The position numbers and the translations under genes were made by a program. Below the pieces are notes generated by a model that saw only the letters and a program-made list of their open reading frames with translations, did no database searches and had not been told where the DNA came from. 64,000 nt of DNA from Bacillota bacterium (lineage in GTDB: Bacteria > Bacillota > Clostridia > Christensenellales > CAG-138): the NCBI GenBank assembly GCA_023435025.1, contig JAEYSE010000032.1, positions 30,424 to 94,423 on the forward strand, given 5' to 3'. The number at the start of each line of letters is the position of its first letter. Position 1 is the first letter of the stretch. Shown here piece after piece: positions 1-9,077 of the stretch.

Positions 1-1125
1 TGAGGATTGCATCCCCTCCGGCTTGAGGTTCATCCATGCAAGACCTTTGGCTTGATAGGTCTTGACGTATTCTGCCAAAGAGTCGATTTCCTTGCGGGAG
101 AATTTTTCCGCTCCGCCCGGCACCACAACGCAGCGCACGCTGCCGCCGTTTTCAATTGCGGCGGTGAACACGGAGAACCCGGCGTCCTTGACAAGATCGC
201 TCACGTCCTGCAGTTCCAGCCCAAAGCGGGTATCCGGCTTGTCCGAACCAAAACGCTCCATAGCCTCCGCATATTTGAGCCTGGGAAGCGGGAGCTTGAT
301 GTCCACGCCCAAGGTCTCCGCAAACATACGCTTTAAGAACCCTTCGTTCACGGCGATGACGTCGTCCTCTTCCACAAAGGACAGTTCAAGGTCGATCTGC
401 GTAAATTCCGGCTGGCGATCCGCACGAAGGTCTTCGTCGCGGAAGCAGCGGGCAATCTGTATATACCTGTCGTAGCCGGAAAGCATCAAAAGCTGCTTAA
501 ATTGCTGCGGGCTTTGCGGCAGGGCATAGAACTTGCCGGGGTGTACGCGGCTGGGCACCAGATAATCCCGCGCGCCTTCGGGCGTACTCTTGGTGAGTAT
601 GGGCGTTTCAATTTCCAAGAAACCCTGCTCGGAAAAATATGTCCGCGCGATGTGCGCGATTTTGTGCCGCAGCATCAGGTTTTTCTGCATGGCGGGGCGG
701 CGGAGGTCCAGGTAGCGATACTTTAAGCGCATCTGCTCGTTCGTCTTGGTATCGTCCCCAATTTCGATGGGGGGTGTTTCGGACTTGCCCAGAATTTTAA
801 AATCCTGTACGCGTACTTCAAACGCGCCCGTCTGCATGCGAGCGTTCACCATATCCGGCGCACGATGCACAAGGGTGCCCTTTACCGCCAGCACGTACTC
901 CGCGCGGATGCTCTGCGCCTTTTCAAACAGCTCCGCCGGAAGCTCGCTTTCGTCAAACGTAACCTGCATGATGCCCGTACGGTCCCTCAGCGCAATGAAT
1001 ATCAGCTTGCCCAAATCCCGCCGTGCATTCGTCCAACCCATCAACGTAACGTTCGTATTGACCTCCGCTTCACCAAGAAGCGCGCAATACTGTGTTCTTT
1101 TCCAGCCGCCCAGCAATTCGCTCAT
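1..1125 (-). CDS. aspS: Aspartyl-tRNA synthetase, N-terminal 375 codons. The 3' end runs off the window, and the gene is absent from the ORF track because no stop lies in the window.
   Basis: My translation of the reverse strand from the ATG (complement of 1123-1125) reads MSELLGGWKRTQYCALLGE...QSPQQFKQLLM...FRDEDLRADRQPEFTQIDLE... These are AspRS class II signatures. An SD-like GGAGAAGGTGGA lies upstream. The start is 21 nt after the hisS stop, as in Firmicute hisS-aspS operons. Confidence 0.9.
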   Translation of the reverse strand, partial: MSELLGGWKRTQYCALLGEAEVNTNVTLMGWTNARRDLGKLIFIALRDRTGIMQVTFDESELPAELFEKAQSIRAEYVLAVKGTLVHRAPDMVNARMQTGAFEVRVQDFKILGKSETPPIEIGDDTKTNEQMRLKYRYLDLRRPAMQKNLMLRHKIAHIARTYFSEQGFLEIETPILTKSTPEGARDYLVPSRVHPGKFYALPQSPQQFKQLLMLSGYDRYIQIARCFRDEDLRADRQPEFTQIDLELSFVEEDDVIAVNEGFLKRMFAETLGVDIKLPLPRLKYAEAMERFGSDKPDTRFGLELQDVSDLVKDAGFSVFTAAIENGGSVRCVVVPGGAEKFSRKEIDSLAEYVKTYQAKGLAWMNLKPEGMQSS

Positions 1126-1146
1126 TGCTAATTCCACCTTCTCCTG

Positions 1147-2406
1147 TTATTTGAGCATATCGGCAACGGCTTGCGCCGTCAGGGATACATACGTTTCTTC
1201 CCCCGTTGCCATCCGCTTTAGTTTGATTTTACCTTCATTGAGTTCGCTTTCGCCCAGCACCGCCACAAAGCGGGCCAAGAGTTTATCCGCATACTTAAAC
1301 TGCGCCTTAATGCTGCGGCCCACGTGGTCGCACTCCACTTTAAACCCAAGCCGCCGTAGCTGGAACGCAAGCGAGAAACCCCTGATCCGTGCTTCTTCTC
1401 CAATCCCTGCGATATAAATATCGTAGGGCGCGGGCTCGGGTATATGAAGACCCTGATTTTCCGCCACCAGCAACAGCCGCTCCATGCCCATGCCAAATCC
1501 TACCCCGGGCATAGAGGGTCCGCCGATCTCCTCCACAAGGCCGTCGTACCGCCCGCCGCCGCACACCGTGCCTTGCGAGCCGATATGTGTGGAAATGATC
1601 TCAAACACGGTACGGGTGTAATAATCAAGCCCTCTCACGATATGGGGATCGATTTCATAAACCACGCCCATCGCGTTTAAACACGCTTTGAGCTCCGCCA
1701 TATGGGCCTGACAGCCTTCACACAGATAATCCAAAATCACCGGTGCTTTCGCGGCAATCTCCTTACAGCCGGGCACTTTACAATCGAGCACCCGCAGCGG
1801 GTTCTTTTCATAGCGCGTCTTGCAGTCCCCGCAAAGCGCGTCATAGCTTTCTTTTAAATAATCCTTGAGCGCCGCGTGATAGTTTGGGCGGCACTCCGGG
1901 CAGCCAATGCTGTTGATGTGTACGCTCAAATCTTTAACGCCCACACGCTCAAACAGCTCCAGCGCAATGCCGATGCATTCGGCATCCGCGCTTGCCTTGG
2001 GCGCGCCGAATATCTCCACGCCGAACTGATGATGCTCGCGTAATCTGCCTGCCTGGGGCTTTTCATAGCGGAACACCGGGCAGTAGAGATAATACATTTT
2101 AGTGGGTTGAGCTTCTGCGAAAAGCTTCTGCTCCACAAACATGCGCACAACCCCGGCGGTGCCTTCGGGCTTTAATGTGATAGAGCGCCCGCCCTTGTCC
2201 TCGAACGTGTACATCTCTTTCTGCACGATATCCGTGGTATCCCCCACGCCGCGCAAAAACAGCTCCGTATGCTCAATCACGGGGGTGCGTGCTTCGCGTA
2301 GGCCGTACTTTTCACAGATCTCCCGTACAAGCCCTTCAATAAAGTGCCATTTGTAGCTGTCCTGCGGGGTCACGTCCTTCGTGCCCTTGGGCGCCTGCAA
2401 CGCCAT
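1147..2406 (-). CDS. hisS: Histidyl-tRNA synthetase
   Basis: The 419-aa ORF has typical HisRS sequence (KGTKD...YRYEKPQAGRLREHHQFGVE...GGGRYDGL). It is preceded by a T-box leader. Confidence 0.93.
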   Translation of the reverse strand: MALQAPKGTKDVTPQDSYKWHFIEGLVREICEKYGLREARTPVIEHTELFLRGVGDTTDIVQKEMYTFEDKGGRSITLKPEGTAGVVRMFVEQKLFAEAQPTKMYYLYCPVFRYEKPQAGRLREHHQFGVEIFGAPKASADAECIGIALELFERVGVKDLSVHINSIGCPECRPNYHAALKDYLKESYDALCGDCKTRYEKNPLRVLDCKVPGCKEIAAKAPVILDYLCEGCQAHMAELKACLNAMGVVYEIDPHIVRGLDYYTRTVFEIISTHIGSQGTVCGGGRYDGLVEEIGGPSMPGVGFGMGMERLLLVAENQGLHIPEPAPYDIYIAGIGEEARIRGFSLAFQLRRLGFKVECDHVGRSIKAQFKYADKLLARFVAVLGESELNEGKIKLKRMATGEETYVSLTAQAVADMLK

Positions 2407-2409
2407 ATG

Positions 2410-2700
2410 CTTCCCTCCTGCTATAACCCGGCAATCCGCCGGATATGATGAAGAAGGCCTTCCATCCCCTATATGAGGGACGGAAGACCCGCGGTGCCAC
2501 CCTGATTGAGCTTAAGAGCTCCACTTTGCGCCTTTAACGCAGGCGTTACGTCGCAGCTTGCCCGAACCTGTCGGGGTCTACAGCGCCGCTCCCGGGTGTC
2601 CTTCCTGCCGCTACCTTGCTTGAAGCGGCTTTCAGCCTGTGACCGCTTCTCTCTTTTGCCGTATGCAGCGCTACTCGCCCGTTCATCGCTTTTGATTGTT
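2410..2700 (-). promoter_or_regulatory. T-box riboswitch leader of hisS-aspS, with candidate specifier codon CAC (His)
   Basis: The reverse strand contains AATCAGGGTGGCACCGCG (complement of 2490-2507), matching the conserved T-box sequence. An AGAGA motif and a stem I-like helix lie upstream, with GGACACCC in the 3' side loop. A terminator-like hairpin CTTCCGTCCC/GGGGATGGAAG follows the T-box sequence. Confidence 0.8.
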
Positions 2701-2701
2701 T

Positions 2702-2730
2702 ATTATACCGGTGGAATACAGGCCTGTCAA
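2702..2730 (-). promoter_or_regulatory. Sigma-A type promoter for the hisS leader
   Basis: The reverse strand reads TTGACA (2730-2725), a 17-nt spacer, then TATAAT (2707-2702). Confidence 0.75.
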
Positions 2731-3004
2731 TGCAAAAGCGCCGTCATAAGCCGGATGTTCTCTGTGAGTACGCATAATAAAAACAACGCTTATAGATCGG
2801 ATTCCCCTATTATCAGCACGTTTCGCCACAATGCCATATATTCTTAACATTTTTAGTTGAAAAATGACAGCTGTTCATATAATATTAATATATCATTTGT
2901 ATGGGATGTTTGTCATTTGTACCCATGGAAATTGATGCGCATTAGGCGCCCATCCGGCCTGTGGTTACCGGCTTAGCAACAACAGCAACAAGGAGATCGG
3001 CAGT

Positions 3005-4756
3005 TTGGATTGGTTGGTCGTCATACTGGTGGTAACCGCATTGGCGATGATCGGAGTTATTTCTTTGATTCATCGCGGGCGGGTTCGCATATGGAGTATT
3101 TGCATGATACTCCTTGGACTCGGCATCAGCGTCCTTCTTTATACACAGATTAGTATTTTAAAAAATTGGCAGACCGTACTCTCTATCGTTTTTTCCGTTG
3201 TATTGGTGCTTGTACTTGTGTACCTGTTTGTGGTGCTTGGTACACGCAGACAGCAGAAGAACGCAAAATTAGATAAAAATCCTGAGGAAGGCGATGTACT
3301 TACCACCGCTTCGCGCGAACCCATGCGGGTTTCAGAGTGGGAGGCTGTGGTTGCGTACAGCGCGGCTCCAGCAAAAGCGAACAAGGAAATTCACCGCATA
3401 AACGCGAACAAAGCGCCGGAAGCCCCCGCGCCCGTTCCATTCTCTTCCGTGTCGTTTACGGCCACCCCCCAAACTGATGCATCCACGACGGAACAGGAAG
3501 AACGGGCGGCAGACGCCATTTCCTCTTTCTTCCGCGAAAATAGCGCTCATATGCCCGTATCAGCCATCCGTATGGATGCTACAGCCCGTCCTAAAGAGAT
3601 AACCGAAAAATCGGAAGAGCGAAAGACGTACCCCGAACCGCTTCGGGTTTCATCTATGGCGAAGCCGACAGCGGTACCTGAAGCCGAAAAACAAGAAGAC
3701 GAGGCTTTTGAAAACCTTTCTTTCCGCGTTGTGAGGGATAAATCCGCTGACGCGCAAAAGAATGAGCCCGTTATTGAACCGAAATTCTCCGTTATAAAAG
3801 AAGCGTCTACAGCCGAAAAGGAAAAGGACGCTCCTGCCGTTTACAGGGTGCATAAGCGCCCATTGTCTGTCCCCGCGGTACAAACGCCGGATGCCGCTAC
3901 TGAACGGGATGAAGCAGCTTCCTCTGTCGGTTTGACTTCAGACTTGAAAGCTTCGAAAGAACCTACTGCAGGCAACGTCCCGATGCAGGCTGACCTTTAC
4001 GTTCCAGTTGCCTCCTTTACTGAGGACCCTGCCGTTTCAGAAGAGTGGCAGGAAGCAACACCGGAGTTGACGGTTGCCGAACCGTTCGGCGAAGTACAGG
4101 CTGAACAGCCGGAATTCGCCGTATTTGTTCCTGCCGATATGGAATTAGCAGAAGTGTCCGTTCCCACTGCACTGCCTGTTTCTGAAGAGCCCATACCGGT
4201 TGAGGAGTCTATGCAGGTCGAAGAGCCCGCACCGGCTGAAGAACAACCCGCACCGGTTGAAGAGCCCGCACCGGTTGAAGAGCCCGCACCGGCTGAAGAA
4301 CCCGCACCGGTTGAAGAACCCGTGCTAGTTGAAGAACCGGCACCGGTTGAAGAACCCGTACTGGTTGAAGAACCCGTACTGGTTGAAGAAACTGTTTCTG
4401 CAATGGAACCCGAGCCGGTTGTGGAACCGGAATTTGTCAGCGACGAGGCGATTGTAACTGAGGAATTCTCCGGCCAGGATACAGTGCTCGAACCAGAGGC
4501 CACAGTAGCGCCCGTTGTGGAAGAAACTGATCCTTCCCTACCCGAGCAAGATACTTCGAAGGTGCAGTTTGAAGCGGGTATGTCCAGGCTGAGCGCAATG
4601 ATCGCTGCAAAAGAATACCGCAAAGCGCAGACTTTGATTTTCGATCTGCTGCGCATGGAATATACTCCGACCGACGAGGAAAAGAAGCGGCTTTTGTTGG
4701 TAATGAAGCTACTCAAAGAAAAGGAAAAGATGAATGCGGACGCGCGCATCCGGTAA
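3005..4756 (+). CDS. Membrane-anchored acidic protein with an EEPAPV tandem-repeat region (function unknown)
   Basis: The 583-aa ORF has a TTG start 8 nt after AAGGAGA. It has two N-terminal hydrophobic helices and a long E/P/A/V-rich region. I recognise no catalytic motif. Confidence 0.7.
   Translation: MDWLVVILVVTALAMIGVISLIHRGRVRIWSICMILLGLGISVLLYTQISILKNWQTVLSIVFSVVLVLVLVYLFVVLGTRRQQKNAKLDKNPEEGDVLTTASREPMRVSEWEAVVAYSAAPAKANKEIHRINANKAPEAPAPVPFSSVSFTATPQTDASTTEQEERAADAISSFFRENSAHMPVSAIRMDATARPKEITEKSEERKTYPEPLRVSSMAKPTAVPEAEKQEDEAFENLSFRVVRDKSADAQKNEPVIEPKFSVIKEASTAEKEKDAPAVYRVHKRPLSVPAVQTPDAATERDEAASSVGLTSDLKASKEPTAGNVPMQADLYVPVASFTEDPAVSEEWQEATPELTVAEPFGEVQAEQPEFAVFVPADMELAEVSVPTALPVSEEPIPVEESMQVEEPAPAEEQPAPVEEPAPVEEPAPAEEPAPVEEPVLVEEPAPVEEPVLVEEPVLVEETVSAMEPEPVVEPEFVSDEAIVTEEFSGQDTVLEPEATVAPVVEETDPSLPEQDTSKVQFEAGMSRLSAMIAAKEYRKAQTLIFDLLRMEYTPTDEEKKRLLLVMKLLKEKEKMNADARIR
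4220..4390 (+). repeat. About 9.5 tandem copies of an 18-bp unit (gaagaRcccgYaccggYt) encoding EEPAPV/EEPVLV
   Basis: The periodicity is directly visible in the DNA and in the translation EEPAPAEEQPAPVEEPAPVEEPAPAEEPAPVEEPVLVEEPAPVEEPVLVEEPVLVEE. Confidence 0.9.
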
Positions 4757-6128
4757 AGACATCAATAAATATGCCTCAGCGCAAAAGCTTGGCATCATAT
4801 TGACGGCAATCGCTACTTCTGTTTTGATATTTCTTGGGGCTTTGGGCGGTTTGACCAAAGCGGCAACCAAACCTGTTTTTGCCCCGGAAACCAGCATCAA
4901 TGGCATCGATATCAGCGGCTTAGGTTTTGAGGAGGGCGAACGCCGGGTACTTGAAAGCGAGCAGTCTGTTCTTACGAAAATCTCACTGCCCGTTTCGTAC
5001 AATGGCGCGACACAGACGTTTGGCGCGACGGAGCTTGGGGTTTCCACCAACGCGAAGGAGCTCCTGGATGAGGCCTACCATCGCAATAAGGCGGGCATGC
5101 TCCACTGGGACTTTAACCTGACCCATACCCCGTTTCACAAGGACACGGAGTTTGTATTGGATGAAACAAAGCTCAGTAGCGCTCTGGGGCGTTTTTTGAA
5201 GGAACGGGATATCCCCGCAAAGAACGCTACAGCGTCCTTTGACACGGTTGCGCGCAAGTTTGTATATACCAATGAAACGACCGGGCATGTTGCCGACATT
5301 GCAGCTATAGTAAGCGCGGTGAAGGATAAGCTCATTAAGAAAGAATATAGTACGTTTGCAGTAAGCAGCGGCTATATCAACACAGTAAAACCTACCGTAA
5401 CGGCTCAAACACTTGCACACAATACCGTGCTGATTGGCCGGTGCGTAACGCTTGCCACCAACGACGAAAACCGCAATACCAATGTGCGGCTGATGTGTGA
5501 AGCGGTGGACGGATTGGTGTTACTCCCCAACGAAACGCTTTCCCTCAACGAGCTTGTGGGCCAACGAACGGAAGCAAAGGGGTTTAAGGCAGCCGCCGCG
5601 ATTGTGGATGGGCAGCTGGCGGACTCTATCGGCGGTGGTATCTGCCAACTCGCTGGCACCTTGTACAATGCGGCGCTATATGCGGATATGGATATTGTGG
5701 AGCGCGTGCACCATACCTGGCCTTCTGAATATTTGCCCATAGGTCTTGATGCTACGCTCAACTGGGACAATAAGGACCTGAAAATACGAAACAGCTCCGA
5801 TTCTCCCATATATATTACCGCTAGCTTACAGGATCTTGTTGTAACGGTGGAGATATTCGGAAAGCAATTGCCGGACGGCATGGAGATCGAAGTGGAGAAC
5901 GTGATACTCAAAGAGATCCCCTCCCCCGATCCTGTCCTCATTTATACGGACGAGCTCCCTGCCGGCACAAAGCGCACCAAGGTGCGAAGCCGTAAGGGAT
6001 ATGAGGTTGTCACCTACCGCCATTATCTCAAAGACGGGGTTGTGGTTGAAAGCGAGGAGCTTTTCAATGATCATTTCCGCGCGATGCGCGGCACAGTCCT
6101 GGTAGGGACCGACGAAATCATCAAATAG
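4734..6128 (+). CDS. VanW-family protein with a C-terminal G5-like domain
   Basis: It has an N-terminal TM segment. The VanW-type core is GGGICQLAGTLYNAALYADMDIVERVHHTWPSEYLPIGLDATLNWDNKDLKIRN. The G5-like tail is AGTKRTKVRSRKGYEVVTYRHYLKDG. It overlaps the upstream gene by 23 nt. Confidence 0.8.
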   Translation: MRTRASGKDINKYASAQKLGIILTAIATSVLIFLGALGGLTKAATKPVFAPETSINGIDISGLGFEEGERRVLESEQSVLTKISLPVSYNGATQTFGATELGVSTNAKELLDEAYHRNKAGMLHWDFNLTHTPFHKDTEFVLDETKLSSALGRFLKERDIPAKNATASFDTVARKFVYTNETTGHVADIAAIVSAVKDKLIKKEYSTFAVSSGYINTVKPTVTAQTLAHNTVLIGRCVTLATNDENRNTNVRLMCEAVDGLVLLPNETLSLNELVGQRTEAKGFKAAAAIVDGQLADSIGGGICQLAGTLYNAALYADMDIVERVHHTWPSEYLPIGLDATLNWDNKDLKIRNSSDSPIYITASLQDLVVTVEIFGKQLPDGMEIEVENVILKEIPSPDPVLIYTDELPAGTKRTKVRSRKGYEVVTYRHYLKDGVVVESEELFNDHFRAMRGTVLVGTDEIIK

Positions 6129-6174
6129 CTTAGCAATGCTTAAGATGGCATGCGAATAATCAGGAGGTAGCACA

Positions 6175-6825
6175 ATGAAAAAGTCAACCGAAGTTCTTGG
6201 GCTGAAGGTCATGGGCATAAAAGAAGGCCGAGACAAGGGCATCATTCAGGATATCGTAATCAACGCGGCAGAGAAGAGCGTTGACTACCTGATTTTGAAG
6301 GATAGCCGCGGCTACGGCTTCTACGGGATCAACTTCAAGGATGTGTTGGGTATGGGCGCGGACTATGCCATAACCTCCACGATTGAGAACGTCAAAAAGA
6401 TCTATGAATCCAAGGAGCTTCTGGAAGTCACCGAGAAAGGCTTCTACCTGCTTGGCGCGACCGCGCTTTCAAACGCCGGCGATATTATCGGCGAGGTCAA
6501 TGACTTCGCCTTCAACCCCAAGTCGGGCGCGATTGAGAAGCTGTTCCTCGGAAACGGCACCGAGTTCGTTGCGGATAAAATCGCGGCGCTTGCCGGAAAT
6601 ACTGCATTTTTGAACCTGGGCGAAGCTGAATTTGCGCCCGAAGAGAGCGCATACAGCGAAATTGAAGAGGATTCCATCCGCTTCCTGTTGGGCAAGGTCG
6701 TAAAGACCGCTGTAACGAGCGAGGACGGCGCGTTCACCGTATCCGCCGGGACTGAGCTGACGCAGGAGGTCTTAAAGCAGGCCGCCGCCCATGACGCGCT
6801 GCTCACCCTCACGCTCAACGTATAA
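6175..6825 (+). CDS. Protein with two PRC-barrel-like repeats
   Basis: The 216-aa ORF follows AGGAGG. The pattern VLGLKVMGIKEGRDKGIIQDIVINAAEKSVDYLIL is repeated as LLGATALSNAGDIIGEVNDFAFNPKSGAIEKLFL. The domain name is from pattern recognition only. Confidence 0.55.
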   Translation: MKKSTEVLGLKVMGIKEGRDKGIIQDIVINAAEKSVDYLILKDSRGYGFYGINFKDVLGMGADYAITSTIENVKKIYESKELLEVTEKGFYLLGATALSNAGDIIGEVNDFAFNPKSGAIEKLFLGNGTEFVADKIAALAGNTAFLNLGEAEFAPEESAYSEIEEDSIRFLLGKVVKTAVTSEDGAFTVSAGTELTQEVLKQAAAHDALLTLTLNV

Positions 6826-6857
6826 ATCCGGGGCTACCTACTACTCCTGATTTTGCA

Positions 6858-6891
6858 GGCAAGGGCTGTTGTGTAGCAGCCCTTGCCTTTT
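6858..6891 (+). terminator. Rho-independent terminator
   Basis: The stem is GGCAAGGGCTG / CAGCCCTTGCC, followed by TTTT. Confidence 0.8.
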
Positions 6892-7198
6892 GCTGTTGTA
6901 TATTTGTGGAAATCTTTACAGTGCAGCGCTTGACAGGTGCATCTGTATATGATAGGATTACAAAGTATTCGGAAGCAACATTGCTCACATGTTTTGTAAG
7001 TCATGGTTCGTTTGATGATTTACAACAGCATGTGTTTTTTTATGCGGATACAAAATTTAAAATTTCAAGGAGGCATCTATCCAACGCTTTGGTGCCGCTG
7101 TGCGCGCAAGATCTGCTTGCTCGCGAGCGCCGATAGGATGACGAACTAAGTTTCGGCTGCTATGCGGGCACAGGCAAACGCGATAGAACAAAACAAGA

Positions 7199-8479
7199 AT
7201 GACACAATCGACCTTTGAACAATTGGGCGTTTCCGCTCCTATGCTGGGAACGCTTGGACGCATGGGCTTCACAACTGCTACGCCCGTGCAGCAGATTTCC
7301 ATCGGCCCGCTTTTAAAGGGCGGCGATATCACCGTGCAGGCTCCCACCGGCACAGGCAAGACCTGCGCCTTCGGTATTCCCGTGGTGGAGCGCATGGACG
7401 CTTTGTCTTCCACCGTACAGACCATCGTTCTCTGCCCCACCCGCGAGCTTGCCGTGCAGATTGCATCGGTCCTGAAAGACCTCACGCACAGTAAGCCGGG
7501 CCTCAAAGTAGTCGCAATTTTCGGCGGTGAACGCATTGAAAAGCAATTTGCGGCTCTTCGCCGCAGGCCGCAGATCGTGGTGGCGACGCCGGGCAGGTTG
7601 TTGGACCACATTGCCCGAAAGACCATCCGGCTCAACGATGTTCGTACCGTAATACTGGATGAAGCAGACCGGATGCTGGATATGGGCTTCCGCCCTGACC
7701 TGACACGCATTTTGGAAAGCGTACCCAAAGAGCGCCAGACGGCTTTGTTTTCCGCCACCATGTCCAAGGGTGTGCTGGATATCGCGAGGAACTTCCAGAA
7801 GGACGCAGAGCAGCTCACAATCGCGCAGAATTCGCTTACGGTAGATTCCGTGAAGCAGTACTATACCGAAGTCCGTACCGGTGCAAAGGAAGGGGCGCTT
7901 GTAAAGCTGCTGAAGGAAGAAGACTTCCGCCTTTCCCTGATATTTGTTAACACCAAGCGCATGGCGGACAGGCTTGCGACAAGCCTTCAGAAAAACGGCT
8001 TTCTCGCGGACGCGCTGCATGGGGACATGCGCCAGAACCAGCGCGACAAGGTCATGGCAAAATACCGTACAGGCGAGCTTCGCATACTCGTAGCCACCGA
8101 CGTCGCTTCCCGTGGTATCGACGTATACCATATCGACGCGGTGATCAACTACGATATCCCGATGGACAGCGATTCGTATGTCCACCGCATCGGCCGCACC
8201 GGCAGGGCCGAACAGCAGGGCGTTTCCTACACGCTGATATTCCCGCGCGAACGGGAGCAGCTTAGGCAGATGATGCGCAGCCTCAAGGCTATCATCATCC
8301 CCACCGGCCCGGCGATTGAAGACGATATCGCGGACGCGGACTTTGTGCGCAAGGCGCGGCCTTACGGGCAGCAGCCAGGCTATGGCGCTCCTGTTGCCGC
8401 AAGCTCCGCACGCTCTTCGTCCCAGACGCGGCATTTCGGCCAGCGCGGCAAAAACCGGCGCGCTTCCTCGTTCCGGTAA
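7199..8479 (+). CDS. DEAD-box ATP-dependent RNA helicase
   Basis: It carries the motifs AQAPTGTGKT, PTRELA, DEAD, SAT and HRIGRTGRA, plus a basic C-terminal tail. Confidence 0.93.
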   Translation: MTQSTFEQLGVSAPMLGTLGRMGFTTATPVQQISIGPLLKGGDITVQAPTGTGKTCAFGIPVVERMDALSSTVQTIVLCPTRELAVQIASVLKDLTHSKPGLKVVAIFGGERIEKQFAALRRRPQIVVATPGRLLDHIARKTIRLNDVRTVILDEADRMLDMGFRPDLTRILESVPKERQTALFSATMSKGVLDIARNFQKDAEQLTIAQNSLTVDSVKQYYTEVRTGAKEGALVKLLKEEDFRLSLIFVNTKRMADRLATSLQKNGFLADALHGDMRQNQRDKVMAKYRTGELRILVATDVASRGIDVYHIDAVINYDIPMDSDSYVHRIGRTGRAEQQGVSYTLIFPREREQLRQMMRSLKAIIIPTGPAIEDDIADADFVRKARPYGQQPGYGAPVAASSARSSSQTRHFGQRGKNRRASSFR

Positions 8480-8497
8480 TAGAGAAGTTTTTTGATA

Positions 8498-8525
8498 AAA
8501 GGCGGCAGGAAAACCTGCCGCCTTT
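8498..8525. terminator. Bidirectional terminator between convergent genes
   Basis: The hairpin is AAAGGCGGCAGG-AAAA-CCTGCCGCCTTT. Confidence 0.75.
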
Positions 8526-8539
8526 GATATTACTTTCGT

Positions 8540-9076
8540 TCAGCGTACAGCCTCTGCGCCTTCTTTGAGCGCTTCTCTGTTGAGTGATAATAGATCCGCC
8601 TTTTTCTCGCCCAGCTTTGCCTTGAGCGCAAGCAGCACGTTCTCGATATCCACGCTGCCTGTCTTTTCGATATACGCGCCAAGCATCACCATGTTGGCGA
8701 CGCGTGCGTTGCCCAGGCGTTCCGCGATTTCGTTGCAGGGCACATAGTAAGTTTCTACATCCTCCCGGCGCGCGGGCCTGTCGATGATGGAGCTGTTGAT
8801 AAATAGTTTCCCGCCCGGCTGCACATTGCCCTCAAATTTATCCAGGGAAGGCCGGTTGAGGGCTATTACGGAAGTCGCCCTGCTCACCACCGGAGAACCG
8901 ATGGCTTCATCCGATATGATAACGCTGCAGTTGGCTGTGCCCCCGCGCATTTCCGGGCCGTAGGCGGGCAGCCATGTAACCTGCTTGCCTTCGAGCATCC
9001 CGGCATAGGCTAGTAATTGCCCCATCAGCAGCACGCCCTGTCCCCCGAACCCAGCGAATAGGTTTTGCTCCAGCAT
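8540..9076 (-). CDS. 2-oxoacid:ferredoxin oxidoreductase, gamma subunit
   Basis: The 178-aa ORF has a typical gamma-subunit N-terminus (GFGGQGVLLMGQLLA). It is the last gene of a delta-alpha-beta-gamma cluster. Confidence 0.85.
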   Translation of the reverse strand: MLEQNLFAGFGGQGVLLMGQLLAYAGMLEGKQVTWLPAYGPEMRGGTANCSVIISDEAIGSPVVSRATSVIALNRPSLDKFEGNVQPGGKLFINSSIIDRPARREDVETYYVPCNEIAERLGNARVANMVMLGAYIEKTGSVDIENVLLALKAKLGEKKADLLSLNREALKEGAEAVR

Positions 9077-9077
9077 G

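Noticed and set aside
7-1417. Track ORFs on the + strand (7-336, 62-475, 502-726, 746-1417, 865-1131)
   Set aside because: They are antisense to a clearly recognisable aspS reading frame on the - strand. Their sequences are low-complexity (S/A/R-rich) with no motifs.
4220-4390. The tandem repeat considered as a possible CRISPR array
   Set aside because: The units are contiguous 18-mers without spacers, lie in frame inside a CDS, and have no cas genes nearby.
3997-4749. A 250-aa S/G/T-rich ORF antisense to the EEPAPV-repeat gene
   Set aside because: Its periodicity is just the reverse complement of the sense-strand repeat. It has no SD and no independent evidence.
6906-7136. A 76-aa track ORF and an orphan AAGGAGG (7067-7073) in the long leader of the DEAD-box helicase gene
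   Set aside because: The ORF spans the likely promoter (TTGACA at ~6930) and has no SD. The orphan SD has no ATG, GTG or TTG at a usable distance. It is probably just 5'-UTR sequence of a helicase mRNA that itself lacks a clear SD.
7313-8434. A 373-aa ORF antisense to the DEAD-box helicase
   Set aside because: It is a typical long antisense ORF of a GC-rich gene. It has no start context or motifs, and the sense strand carries all the helicase motifs.
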